Shown here piece by piece: positions 1-9,697 of a stretch of 64,000 nt of DNA. The position numbers were made by a program, and so were the translations under genes. A model generated the notes under the pieces. That model made no database searches, was not told the DNA's origin, and was given only the letters and a program-made list of their open reading frames with translations. Every line of letters begins with the position of its first letter. The first letter of the stretch is position 1. This DNA is from Methanobacteriota archaeon (lineage in GTDB: Archaea; Thermoplasmatota; Poseidoniia; MGIII; CG-Epi1), in NCBI GenBank assembly GCA_029977605.1, contig JAPOKN010000001.1, positions 28,064 through 92,063 on the forward strand, read 5' to 3'.

Positions 1-16
1 GGTAGATTTATCTGGA

Positions 17-271
17 ATGGAATTAAAACGCTATCCTATTCTTGATTTATACTGGTATGGAGAAGATCATTTGTGGGAATGGGAAAATTTTTCAAATCAG
101 ACTAACTTCGATGTTAATTTATCGTTAGTTAATCTAGGGATGTCTAACTTTACTGGCAAATCATCAACATCTTCTCTCACCGTTAGTGGTTACTACAAGA
201 GCATGCCAGATTATAATTTTAAATTGTATTACAGTGAAGAGTTAGCATTGTATTGGACAAATAATTACTAA
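17..271 (+). CDS. C-terminal part of a hypothetical, probably extracellular protein (likely starts before the window)
   Basis: ORF at the window edge; Asn/Ser/Thr/aromatic-rich with several N-x-S/T sequons. Confidence 0.45.
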   Translation: MELKRYPILDLYWYGEDHLWEWENFSNQTNFDVNLSLVNLGMSNFTGKSSTSSLTVSGYYKSMPDYNFKLYYSEELALYWTNNY

Positions 272-333
272 ATATGCTAATGTTTTTATACAGGCCCGAC
301 TGGCGCACTTTCCTTATTAGGAGTTAAAACAAA

Positions 334-786
334 ATGGCACGAATGCATGCAAGACGTAAAGGTCGCTCAGGTTCTAGTCCACAGACTAGAAAAGAAAATC
401 CTAAATGGTCACCAAAAGGTAAAGATGTTGAAAAATTAATTATGGAGTTATCTTCAGATGGTAAATCTTCATCAGAAATAGGGATTATTTTGAGAGATAT
501 GCATGGAGTTCCAAGCGTAAAATTAGCAACAGGTAAATCTATAACTTCTATTTTATCAGATGGAGGTGTAGCATCATCCCTTCCTGAAGATTTGACAAAT
601 CTTATGAGAAAAGCAGTCCGTCTAGGCGAGCACTTGAAGATAAATAAAAAGGATATTCACAATACACGTTCACTAAGGTTAACTGAAGCGAAAATTCTTC
701 GATTAGTTAAATATTATCGTTCAAATAAAGTATTATCTGAAGACTGGAAATATTCATTATCTGATGCTAAGCTTTTAGTAGGATAA
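334..786 (+). CDS. rps15: 30S ribosomal protein uS15 (archaeal S15/S13e)
   Basis: MARMHARRKGRSGS start, IGIILRDMHGVP, LPEDL, EAKILRLVKYY; AGGAG-type RBS upstream. Confidence 0.97.
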   Translation: MARMHARRKGRSGSSPQTRKENPKWSPKGKDVEKLIMELSSDGKSSSEIGIILRDMHGVPSVKLATGKSITSILSDGGVASSLPEDLTNLMRKAVRLGEHLKINKKDIHNTRSLRLTEAKILRLVKYYRSNKVLSEDWKYSLSDAKLLVG

Positions 787-799
787 TTACAAACTTCAG

Positions 800-1543
800 A
801 TGGCAGATTGGTGTCTATTAGTAATAGATAACAAATCTCATTTAGTAAATCTTGATTCCAAGATAATTGTTATTAAAAATTTTGGTAATTTCCCCTCGGA
901 GTTCCTAAAAGATCAAAAAATAGGTGTTGAGTTTGACTTATTTGGTAAAAAAGGTAAATTACTTCCGCATAATTTATCTGATATTCAAAAAAATTTAATC
1001 AGAGGTCCTCAAATAATATCGCCTAAAGATATTGCTTGGCTTGTTTACAGTTCTGACATTAAATCAAACGACATAGTTATTGAGGCCGGAGGCGGCTCGG
1101 GAGCACTTACGACAGCTTTAGCACAATCCGCATTTCCAGAAGGTAAAGTAATTACTTTTGAAAAGAATAAAAAGCATTTCGAAATTGTAAAAAAGAATCT
1201 CAAACTAAGTCAATTCTCAGATCAGGTTGAATTGAGAAACGAAGAATTAAATGATCAAACTGAAATTATCACCTGCAATTCTATAATTTTGGATTTGCCA
1301 GATCCACAAGCACTGGTTAAATGGGCTGAAAAATCATTGTTGCTAGGAGGCAAGTTGTTGTGCTATGTGCCTACAATAAATCAAGTAGAAAATCTTCTCA
1401 AGTCATTGAACGGGTGGAGTGAAATAGAAATCAATGAAATGATGCACAGAACTTGGCAATCTAGGTTAGAGGCTATACGCCCCAACACAAATATTCTAGG
1501 ACATACTGGCTTTATTATATCAGCTAGATTATTGAATAAGTAG
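800..1543 (+). CDS. trmI: tRNA (adenine57/58-N1)-methyltransferase
   Basis: RGPQIISPKD, EAGGGSGALT SAM motif, ILDLPDP, YVPTINQV, GHTGF. Confidence 0.88.
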   Translation: MADWCLLVIDNKSHLVNLDSKIIVIKNFGNFPSEFLKDQKIGVEFDLFGKKGKLLPHNLSDIQKNLIRGPQIISPKDIAWLVYSSDIKSNDIVIEAGGGSGALTTALAQSAFPEGKVITFEKNKKHFEIVKKNLKLSQFSDQVELRNEELNDQTEIITCNSIILDLPDPQALVKWAEKSLLLGGKLLCYVPTINQVENLLKSLNGWSEIEINEMMHRTWQSRLEAIRPNTNILGHTGFIISARLLNK

Positions 1544-1578
1544 ATATCTATTTTACGAGTCGCCTTCATATACTTTTG

Positions 1579-2502
1579 ATGTCATCTGTTGAGGAAGTAA
1601 TTATCATAGGTTCAGGTCCAGCAGGCTATACTGCAGGCTTGTATACAGGAAGAGCAATGCTTAAACCTAAATTGTTCGCAGGTTTTGCAAGTGGTGGGCA
1701 GCTAATGCTGACTAGTGATATAGAAAATTTCCCAGGATATCCTGAAGGCATAGGCGGCCCTGAAATGATGATGGAATTGAGATCACAAGCTGCAAGATTT
1801 GGTTGCGATATTATTGATAAAAATGTAGATTCTATTGATACTAGCTCTCGTCCGTTCAAGGTGAATGTAGGTAAAGATCAATTTTTAACCAAATCGATAA
1901 TTATTACAACCGGTGCAGAAGCAATATGGTTAGACGCAGGTAATGAAGAGAAGCACAAAGGACAAGGAATCTCTACTTGCGCTACATGCGATGGTGCTTT
2001 TTTCAGGGATAAAGAGGTCATAGTAGTGGGAGGCGGAGATTCAGCCATGGAGGAAGCTACTTTCCTTACTAGATTTTGCAGTAAAGTCACCATTGTTAAC
2101 AGAAGAGAAGAACTAAGAGCTTCACAAATTATGGCAGATAGAGCTCGAGATAATGATAAAATTGGGTGGAAATTAAATCGAGTCGTAAAAGAGTGGGTAG
2201 GTGAGCAAGGGAACTTTGAAGGCGTAATTCTCGTAAATACTGTATCAGGTGAAGAAGAATTATTCAAGTGTGACGGCGCATTCATTGCTATAGGGCACAA
2301 GCCTATGACAAACTTTTTAGGAGATCAAATTGAGTTGGATGATCATGGTTACATAGTTCCTAAAGAAAATACTATGACAAATGTTTCTGGAGTATTCGCG
2401 GCAGGGGACGTAGTCGATACAAGATATCGTCAAGCAATCACTGCAGCAGGCATGGGATGTATGGCTGCAATTGATGCTGAAAAATGGCTTGAAGAAAATT
2501 AA
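1579..2502 (+). CDS. trxB: thioredoxin-disulfide reductase
   Basis: IIGSGPAGYTA, CATCDG redox motif, GGGDSAMEEA, FAAGDV, YRQAITAAG. Confidence 0.96.
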   Translation: MSSVEEVIIIGSGPAGYTAGLYTGRAMLKPKLFAGFASGGQLMLTSDIENFPGYPEGIGGPEMMMELRSQAARFGCDIIDKNVDSIDTSSRPFKVNVGKDQFLTKSIIITTGAEAIWLDAGNEEKHKGQGISTCATCDGAFFRDKEVIVVGGGDSAMEEATFLTRFCSKVTIVNRREELRASQIMADRARDNDKIGWKLNRVVKEWVGEQGNFEGVILVNTVSGEEELFKCDGAFIAIGHKPMTNFLGDQIELDDHGYIVPKENTMTNVSGVFAAGDVVDTRYRQAITAAGMGCMAAIDAEKWLEEN

Positions 2503-2548
2503 TTTAAATTAACAATCATTTTTTAGAACCCCCTATCAATGGCCATAA

Positions 2549-3592
2549 GTGCAGCGTCAGCTTTCCATTAGTGATTCAGAAGAAGCCGTTAGTCCAATAA
2601 TAGGTACTGTTTTAATATTGGCAATTATGGTTTCTATAACGGGAACCATGCTTGCTTGGGGGATTCCGCAGATTCAAGAAAGTGAAGCTTATGCAATTTA
2701 CACTTCTGCTCAAAATAATTTTTTAAATTTTGATGCTGACCTAGATCAAGTAATAGTCCAAGGCGAAGGCAGTTCTCGTTCATCAACGGTATCATTCAGT
2801 GCTGGAACATTTGTTCATCGCGAAAATCTAGACGAAATTCGTTATTACTATGAAACCACTTCGTGGTCATCATTTGAGATCCTTGGAGTAAAAAATGGAG
2901 CAACTACATTTGCAATAATAGATAACAAAGAAGTTATAGATGATTTTGATATAACTATAACTTATCCAAACGGAACTACGTTAGAAGTTAAGTCTTCAGC
3001 TTTTATCGCCTCAGGATTTCCAGCTTTGGTTTACGGAACTTCAGCCACATATACAAGTACAGCTAACGATACAGTTGTTGGTGGATTTTTCATATATGGC
3101 GTAGACTCACTTTCATACAAATATTCCTCTGTATCGGGTGTTTACAAAATGCGTTTATTCAATGGCGGAATAGTTACTAGAGAGCCAGGGGGTATTTTCT
3201 TTGTAAGCTCTAAACCTATAATCCGTTCTATTAGTACAGATGATTCTTATGAATCACTGGTTTTGTACCAAACAGACTACAATATGACTACAGGCGCTAA
3301 ATCTCTAACTGGAGGAAATTATAATTTTGAAGCTAGAAATCAAGGTGGAAAAGATTCCTCCTTTAAAGTCTTCAATGTGAGAATGGGTTTCAGTGGCGAT
3401 AGTTCAATGGCATTGAAGAATTATTATTCAACTTATTGGAGTTTTGGACCCGAAACATATACGATTTCTAGCACCCAATCAACAGCAGCAGCTAACATGG
3501 GTTTTGAAGAGGATATTTTTTACAATCAAGATACAGCATTTGACTTTAGAATTTTGGAGAGAACAATTCATGTCACGTTTAACCTCCGATGA
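2549..3592 (+). CDS. large archaeal type IV pilin-like protein
   Basis: Class III signal-peptide-like EEA/VSPIIGTVLILAI followed by a hydrophobic helix; first gene of a pilus ATPase/TadC cluster. Confidence 0.75.
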   Translation: MQRQLSISDSEEAVSPIIGTVLILAIMVSITGTMLAWGIPQIQESEAYAIYTSAQNNFLNFDADLDQVIVQGEGSSRSSTVSFSAGTFVHRENLDEIRYYYETTSWSSFEILGVKNGATTFAIIDNKEVIDDFDITITYPNGTTLEVKSSAFIASGFPALVYGTSATYTSTANDTVVGGFFIYGVDSLSYKYSSVSGVYKMRLFNGGIVTREPGGIFFVSSKPIIRSISTDDSYESLVLYQTDYNMTTGAKSLTGGNYNFEARNQGGKDSSFKVFNVRMGFSGDSSMALKNYYSTYWSFGPETYTISSTQSTAAANMGFEEDIFYNQDTAFDFRILERTIHVTFNLR

Positions 3593-4046
3593 TTCTGGCG
3601 CATCTCAGTTAATAGGTTACGTATACACTGCGTTAATTTCAGTCCTAATTTTATCTTCAATGATGCTCACATCAAGTACTATGTTGAACGGTAGTGTTTC
3701 CAATACAGCACAGGAAGAGGCTGAACAACTGGCACTATATTTTCAATTAGCAGTAGAAGATTTACTTAATACTGTAAGAGAGTATCCTGGCTCATCTCCA
3801 GTAATGGTCTTAGATACTGGAATAGAAGCAATAAATCATGGTATACAATACAAAGTAACGGGTTTAACTACAGGATTGAAAGTGACTACAATTCAGCCTC
3901 GAGGCGGATCATTTGAGGTTAACTTTCCATTAGCGCCAGCAACCTCAATTGAAACTACAAATTCCGCATCTTTAAAGTCAACTACTTCTTATATAGTCAT
4001 ATCCTATGATGATAATCTAAAGGTTGTCAAGTTAACCTCAGGATGA
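3570..4046 (+). CDS. archaeal pilin-like protein
   Basis: ATG 3570 is the more likely start (overlaps upstream gene, GGAGA upstream); DDSG/ASQLIGYVYTALISV class III-like signal. Confidence 0.68.
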   Translation: MSRLTSDDSGASQLIGYVYTALISVLILSSMMLTSSTMLNGSVSNTAQEEAEQLALYFQLAVEDLLNTVREYPGSSPVMVLDTGIEAINHGIQYKVTGLTTGLKVTTIQPRGGSFEVNFPLAPATSIETTNSASLKSTTSYIVISYDDNLKVVKLTSG

Positions 4047-4050
4047 TAAA

Positions 4051-6309
4051 ATGAGTGCTGCAAAAGAGACATTGGACGGGGCTTCTGGATTAATTGGTGA
4101 AGAAGAGGAACAAATTGACGAAACTAAGCTTTCATGGAGAGAGCGCCGTAGATTAAACAAACAGCGTAAAGCTGAAGCTAAGAAGCGTAAAGCTGCAGAG
4201 AAAGATGGAGTAATCCATGACTTAGTTATGGACGACATTGAGATTGGTGAAGATTTTGAAGAATTAGATACATATCCAGTTAGGCCGCCTTTTTCATACG
4301 TAAGAGTTTTATTCGATAAAAGAGATTATTCTAGGTTTTACTACGTTGTTGAGCCTAAGGCTTCAAAACAAGAGAAGGAAGATTTACAAACAATTAAAGA
4401 TGTTCTGCAGAGAGCCCTAAATATTGAGAGAGATACTCTAGATGAATCTCAAGAAGAATTTTTGAAACAAGCAGTAGATGATATTTTAGATAGTTACAGA
4501 TTAAAATCACGAAAGAGTAATCGTGAAAAGATTCATTATTACATAGAGAGAGATTTGATAGGTTATGGTAAAATTGATACCATGATGCAAGATCCTAATA
4601 TTGAGGACGTTTCTTGTGACGGCCCAGGAGTTGAAATTTTCGTTTACCACAGAAGATTTGAATCTTTAAGGACAAATGTGATGTGGGAAGATGAATTAGA
4701 ACTTGAACAATACATAATTCGTATGGCTCAGCGTTGTGGTAAACATATTTCGATTGCTGAACCGCTTCTTGATGCAACATTAATGGATGGTTCACGTATA
4801 GTCATGACTCTGGGTAGAGAAGTATCTACCAAAGGTTCGACATTTACGATTCGGCGTTTCAGGGATGAACCATTTACTCCTGTGGATTTACTCGAATTCA
4901 AAACGTTTTCATCTATGCAAATAGCATTTTTCTGGCTCGCAATGCAATATGGAATGTCTATGTTGTTTGTGGGAGGTACGGCTTCCGGAAAAACAACTTC
5001 GCTTAATGCTTGCTCACTATTCCTTCCTTGGCAACATAAAATTGTCAGTATTGAAGAAACACGTGAGTTGAATTTACCACATCCTAATTGGATTCCAGGA
5101 TGTACTAGGCAAGGTTTCGGAGGTGAATCGGCAGGAAGCGGTGTAAAGGCAGCTGGAGAAGTTGACATGTATGATTTGCTACGAGCAGCTTTAAGGGAAC
5201 GTCCAGAATACATTATTGTAGGAGAAATTAGAGGTGCCGAAGCTTATGTTCTTTTCCAGGCTATGGCAACGGGACACACAACATACTCTACTTTCCACGC
5301 AGATTCGATTCAGAGTTTAGTTCACCGTTTGGAAAATAAGCCGATTGAAATTCCTAGAGTTTTAATTCCAGCATTAGATGGTATATCCATTCAAATCCAG
5401 ACTAGAGTTGGTGGAAAACGTGTAAGAAGAAATAAAGGAATTATAGAAATTATAGGTATTGATCCCCATTCTCACGAATTACTCACAAACGAAGCATTCA
5501 GGTGGGACAACACTGTAGATGAATTTGTTTTCACAGGTAAATCTTACATATTTGAAAAAATAATGATGAAAGCTAATCTCAATCGTGTTGAGATTATGGA
5601 TGAGACCAAGAGAAGACAATTAGTAATCGAATGGTGTTTGAAGAAAGGAATTAGAGATTACAAAGACTTTGCAAGGGTAGTTGCAGAATATTATGTACAT
5701 CCTGAAGATGTAATGAGACAAGTTTACGAAGATATGCAGGTTGGAGGCAAGAAACGTAGGCGTAAAGTTGAAGACAGAGATTTAGATTTATCGAGCTCGG
5801 ACGATGCTGAAGTAGATGTGTCAGATTTCCCGCCAAAGGTTAGGCAAAAGTATCAAACACGTGAAGCTAAGGAACAAGCCGCTAGAGCTAAGAGTGATGC
5901 AAAAATTTCGCAAACAGACGATCCTACTAAGAGAGCTAATCTAATTGCTAAAGAAGAGCAGAGAAGAGCAAAAGTAGAAGCTAGATTAGAGAGCGATCAG
6001 TTAAAAGATCAAGCCTATTATGTACCATTGAAGCAATTAAAACCATTAGCTAAGCAAATAAGCCTAGGTGATGTATCATCATTAAATGAAGTTGAAGGAA
6101 GAAGAATGTTAAAAGATGTCCGTTCAGAAATGAATAAAAAGTCTAAGGCAGAAACTAATATTTCTAAACTAGATGCTTCAGATAAAAAAGAAAAGGCAAT
6201 TTCTTCAGAGGAAGAAAGAGCATCTAAGGCATTGAACAGTCTAAAAGCTAAGCTAGCAAATAGGGTACAGCGATCAGCTAACCCACGTTGGTGGCATTCA
6301 TGGCTCTGA
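4051..6309 (+). CDS. type II/IV secretion-pilus assembly ATPase (PilB/FlaI/VirB11 family) with a long charged C-terminal extension
   Basis: Walker A GGTASGKTT, SIEETREL, LRAALRERPEYIIVGEIRG, QAMATGH..STFHA. Confidence 0.93.
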   Translation: MSAAKETLDGASGLIGEEEEQIDETKLSWRERRRLNKQRKAEAKKRKAAEKDGVIHDLVMDDIEIGEDFEELDTYPVRPPFSYVRVLFDKRDYSRFYYVVEPKASKQEKEDLQTIKDVLQRALNIERDTLDESQEEFLKQAVDDILDSYRLKSRKSNREKIHYYIERDLIGYGKIDTMMQDPNIEDVSCDGPGVEIFVYHRRFESLRTNVMWEDELELEQYIIRMAQRCGKHISIAEPLLDATLMDGSRIVMTLGREVSTKGSTFTIRRFRDEPFTPVDLLEFKTFSSMQIAFFWLAMQYGMSMLFVGGTASGKTTSLNACSLFLPWQHKIVSIEETRELNLPHPNWIPGCTRQGFGGESAGSGVKAAGEVDMYDLLRAALRERPEYIIVGEIRGAEAYVLFQAMATGHTTYSTFHADSIQSLVHRLENKPIEIPRVLIPALDGISIQIQTRVGGKRVRRNKGIIEIIGIDPHSHELLTNEAFRWDNTVDEFVFTGKSYIFEKIMMKANLNRVEIMDETKRRQLVIEWCLKKGIRDYKDFARVVAEYYVHPEDVMRQVYEDMQVGGKKRRRKVEDRDLDLSSSDDAEVDVSDFPPKVRQKYQTREAKEQAARAKSDAKISQTDDPTKRANLIAKEEQRRAKVEARLESDQLKDQAYYVPLKQLKPLAKQISLGDVSSLNEVEGRRMLKDVRSEMNKKSKAETNISKLDASDKKEKAISSEEERASKALNSLKAKLANRVQRSANPRWWHSWL

Positions 6310-7247
6310 CCGGTTTAACTGGCTTCGAAACCTTCAGCCGAGTTTTACTTGGTTGGTTTGGCCGAATGGTTACAAAAGATTCGGTTGATTTAAAAAATCA
6401 ATTAGTAAAAGCAAGAATTCCACTTCTTCCAGAAGATTACGTAGCGTCCTCAGCTATGCAAGTAATTTTAGCTTTTTTAGGAGGGATAGCTGTTTCTCTT
6501 GCCATTGTTGGATTTCTAGTCCCACAACTTGAGACAATGGATGATCCTGCCAATGCAGGGGAGAAATTTGATATTTCAAATACTATTCAATATGCAATTA
6601 TTGGTCTTTTGGTATTTGTTTTGCCTGCTTTGATTGCTTTAGTACAATTTTTGACTCCAGCATTATTAGAAAGTAGTAGAGGAACCAATATGGATAGGCA
6701 AATTCCGTTTGCTGCAAGTTATGTTTCTGCAATGGCTGCAGCTAACGCAACTCCTTCGATGACTTTCAAATCTTTAGCTAGGAATAAAGATATTTACGGA
6801 GAAATTTCTAACGAAGCAGCATGGATTTACCACAGCATGGAATTCATGGGAAGAGACTTAGTTACAACCTTAAAAGAGGCAGTTGACAGAACGCCCTCAG
6901 AGAGATTTGCAGAGTTTATTCAAGGAATTATAGGAACAGTAACTTCAGGAGGTAATCTCAAATTGTATTTCCTTAACCGTTCCGAGTATTATGCTCAACA
7001 AAACAGAGTTCATGTCAAAGATGTTTTACAACAGATGGCTTTGTTTTCTGAAGCCTACGTAGTTGTAGCTGTGGCATTGCCTATTTTCGCTATGATTATT
7101 GCAGTTATTACTTTTTGGGTTTCAGGAGCAGGTATGAAGCTTGAAGAAATACACATGTACTTGTTAATATTTGCAGGATTTCCAGTAATTCAGTTAATTT
7201 TTTCAGGTCTATTCTACAGTTTAAGTTCGGAGATATCAAACGATTAA
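6300..7247 (+). CDS. type II secretion F-domain (TadB/TadC/PilC-like) platform protein
   Basis: IYGEISNE, GRDLVTTL, RTPSERF, GIIGTVTSGGNL; multiple TM helices; follows the ATPase. Confidence 0.88.
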   Translation: MALTGLTGFETFSRVLLGWFGRMVTKDSVDLKNQLVKARIPLLPEDYVASSAMQVILAFLGGIAVSLAIVGFLVPQLETMDDPANAGEKFDISNTIQYAIIGLLVFVLPALIALVQFLTPALLESSRGTNMDRQIPFAASYVSAMAAANATPSMTFKSLARNKDIYGEISNEAAWIYHSMEFMGRDLVTTLKEAVDRTPSERFAEFIQGIIGTVTSGGNLKLYFLNRSEYYAQQNRVHVKDVLQQMALFSEAYVVVAVALPIFAMIIAVITFWVSGAGMKLEEIHMYLLIFAGFPVIQLIFSGLFYSLSSEISND

Positions 7248-8485
7248 TGGCTATTAAAGGCAATTTACAGAAGAAGGTATATCGCGATAAGCGAACCGGC
7301 GTAAAGCGAAGATGGATGGAATACAGCAAAGTTGAAAGGTGGCTGTCGGTTAGAGATAAAGTAACTGATTGGGCTCCAGCATTTGTAGCATTTTTTTCTA
7401 TAATTTTCGCATTATTTTTCTTTATGATTGCTAATATCAATAATACTACCGATGCTCAAACATTAGTAGTTGATACTGATGCAGATAAACAGTTTGATAA
7501 CCCTTGGCACATGAATGACGGTCAATTTTCATTTACATTTGGTAATACATACAATGAAGCAGGTGGCCAGCAAAATCGTGTCGAAGCAATATATGGATTA
7601 GGTCTTCCGGCAATTAGAAGTAATGAATCTGTTGATTCTGACCCATTGGTAGATGGAATCGAGAATGAAATGACAGCTAATGAATGGTTCCGCTCATTTC
7701 CAGAGATTTCTGCAATTGATTATATTGTATTTGGAGTTATATCACTGATTTTACCTTATGGAATTTACGGATACCGAAGAGATCAAATTAGGGCTAGAGT
7801 CGAAGAAAAATTCCCTGATTTTTTAAGAGATTTGGCAGAATATTGGAAAGGCGGTCTTAGTATGACTGTAGCTATTCAAACACTTGCTAAAGGAGAATAT
7901 GGAAATCTTAATGATGAAGTTAATAAGATGTCTTCACAAATTTCTTGGGGGGTTTCTTTTGGTGAAGTTTTGGAAATGTTTACAGAAAGAGTGACCTCGC
8001 CTATTGTTACTCGTGCAGTTAGGATGGTAGATGAGGCTAATAGGGCAGGCGGTAAAATTTCAGATATTTTACTTGCAGCTTCATACGATGCCCGAGAGAT
8101 TAAAGCTCTTGAAACTGAAAGAAGGCAAGAAGTAGGTAGTTATGTTACTGTTATTTACGCATCTTTCTTTGTTTATCTTGGAATAATTTTAGTTTTAGCT
8201 TCTACATTTATTCCTGCTATTGTTGACTCTTCTGCAGCTACTGGCGGCAGCGGATCAATGTCGATTGGTAACTTAACTATTAGGGAAATGAATGAAGTTT
8301 GGATCTCAACAGTTTTCCTTTACAGTTTAATAATTCAAGGAACCGGAATGGGACTGGCAGCAGGTTTCATGTCTACAGGTAGATTATATTCAGCATTTTT
8401 GAGAGCTTCATTTCTTTTGTTCCTGGGCTGGTTTATTTTTGAATTAGCAGGCATTACAACATCAATGATTACTCCACAAATTTAG
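7247..8485 (+). CDS. second T2SS-F (TadC/PilC-like) platform protein
   Basis: EKFPDFLRDLAE, GEYGNL, QISWG, EANRAGGKISDIL; TM helices. Confidence 0.88.
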   Translation: MAIKGNLQKKVYRDKRTGVKRRWMEYSKVERWLSVRDKVTDWAPAFVAFFSIIFALFFFMIANINNTTDAQTLVVDTDADKQFDNPWHMNDGQFSFTFGNTYNEAGGQQNRVEAIYGLGLPAIRSNESVDSDPLVDGIENEMTANEWFRSFPEISAIDYIVFGVISLILPYGIYGYRRDQIRARVEEKFPDFLRDLAEYWKGGLSMTVAIQTLAKGEYGNLNDEVNKMSSQISWGVSFGEVLEMFTERVTSPIVTRAVRMVDEANRAGGKISDILLAASYDAREIKALETERRQEVGSYVTVIYASFFVYLGIILVLASTFIPAIVDSSAATGGSGSMSIGNLTIREMNEVWISTVFLYSLIIQGTGMGLAAGFMSTGRLYSAFLRASFLLFLGWFIFELAGITTSMITPQI

Positions 8486-8495
8486 GAGACAATGG

Positions 8496-8948
8496 ATGAA
8501 AAATACTAAAGGGCAGATGCATGTTTTGGAAGTATTGCTTGTAGGAGTATTATTTACTTCAGCAGTGAATGTGGCAGTTAATATCCTGCCCACAAGTGAT
8601 GCAGATAATTCAGAACAAAGTGATCTTTATTTTTCAGGAATGGAAATATTAGAAATATTAGATAATTGGGAGCCATCGAATTCTGATATTTCGGCTAAGC
8701 ACAATGCCTCAACACTATCATGGTGGTTGGCTACGAATAATGATTCAGCAATAAAGGAATACCTCGATGCAGGTTTGTCTTCTTCAATTTCATACAGACT
8801 AGAAGCCACTCACGGTTCACAAGATGAGGTTATTGTCGACAGGGAAATCCCCGATGGGGAAGTAAGCACTTCTTTTAGACTGGTGTGGAGCGATAATGAG
8901 CTTTGGGATTTAAGTCTGCATTTATGGTACGGCTATAGGGAGGCCTAA
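8496..8948 (+). CDS. minor pilin-like protein
   Basis: MKNTKG/QMHVLEVLLVGVL class III signal; AGGAGA RBS. Confidence 0.72.
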   Translation: MKNTKGQMHVLEVLLVGVLFTSAVNVAVNILPTSDADNSEQSDLYFSGMEILEILDNWEPSNSDISAKHNASTLSWWLATNNDSAIKEYLDAGLSSSISYRLEATHGSQDEVIVDREIPDGEVSTSFRLVWSDNELWDLSLHLWYGYREA

Positions 8949-9337
8949 TGAATACTAAAGGTCAACTTCTTTTAGTTTCAGGTCTTCTAATGTCTATCAC
9001 ATTGATAGCAGTTAGCAGTACTATTACACATTCGGTTAATATGGGCGCACATCAAGGTGAAAGACATGATTTAACACCTCAAATAAGCTCAATTGAAAGT
9101 AATTTTCCTTTAGCTTTGGAATATCAGATTAATCAAGATGATGGTTCAGTATCAATAATTGAATCATTTGAGACTGTAGCTGAAGATTTTGAATATCTAT
9201 TTGCACTTAGGGGAATTTCTTTATCTTTTGATCTAACATCATCTTCCTTGAATTCAGGAACCTATAATTTTGTTTATGAATATATTATGGGTGATGGAAT
9301 AATCACTATCACATTGTCTAAAACGACGACCTTTTAA
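8948..9337 (+). CDS. minor pilin-like protein
   Basis: MNTKG/QLLLVSGLLMSITL class III signal; stop/start overlap. Confidence 0.7.
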   Translation: MNTKGQLLLVSGLLMSITLIAVSSTITHSVNMGAHQGERHDLTPQISSIESNFPLALEYQINQDDGSVSIIESFETVAEDFEYLFALRGISLSFDLTSSSLNSGTYNFVYEYIMGDGIITITLSKTTTF

Positions 9338-9338
9338 T

Positions 9339-9653
9339 TTAATCTTGTGAAGATGTAAAAGAGGAAATAGTTCTTTTAAACATTCCACCGAAACCAATTA
9401 CTGTAGTTATTAGGATTCCAACGAACATTATTAGATAACCTAAGTATAAATTTTCCAAATTATTATTAAAATCAGATTGGTTTGCGTCTCCATTAAGTGC
9501 CATTAAACTGATAAGGCCTAATATAAATCCTCCAATTAATAAAATAAATCCTAAACTAATTCCTATTTCTGAAGTTGTAAATCCATCTTCTTCCACATCT
9601 GGTTTTCCTTTAAAATCTGGAAAATCATCCTTACCTGTTTCTTCATCAGACAT
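9339..9653 (-). CDS. hypothetical two-TM membrane protein
   Basis: Acidic N-terminus plus two hydrophobic helices. Confidence 0.6.
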   Translation of the reverse strand: MSDEETGKDDFPDFKGKPDVEEDGFTTSEIGISLGFILLIGGFILGLISLMALNGDANQSDFNNNLENLYLGYLIMFVGILITTVIGFGGMFKRTISSFTSSQD

Positions 9654-9697
9654 AAGATAGCCAGAAATAATAGGTTAATAAGCTTGCCCTTATTATT

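Noticed and set aside
3444-3569. Long N-terminal extensions given by the ORF track (also 28589-28663, 43410-43487, 56095-56127)
   Set aside because: They overlap neighbouring genes or promoters; downstream ATGs fit family N-termini better.
2549-9337. Archaellum (fla/arl) operon
   Set aside because: No archaellin, ArlH, ArlF or ArlG; two separate TadB/C-like genes rather than a single ArlJ.
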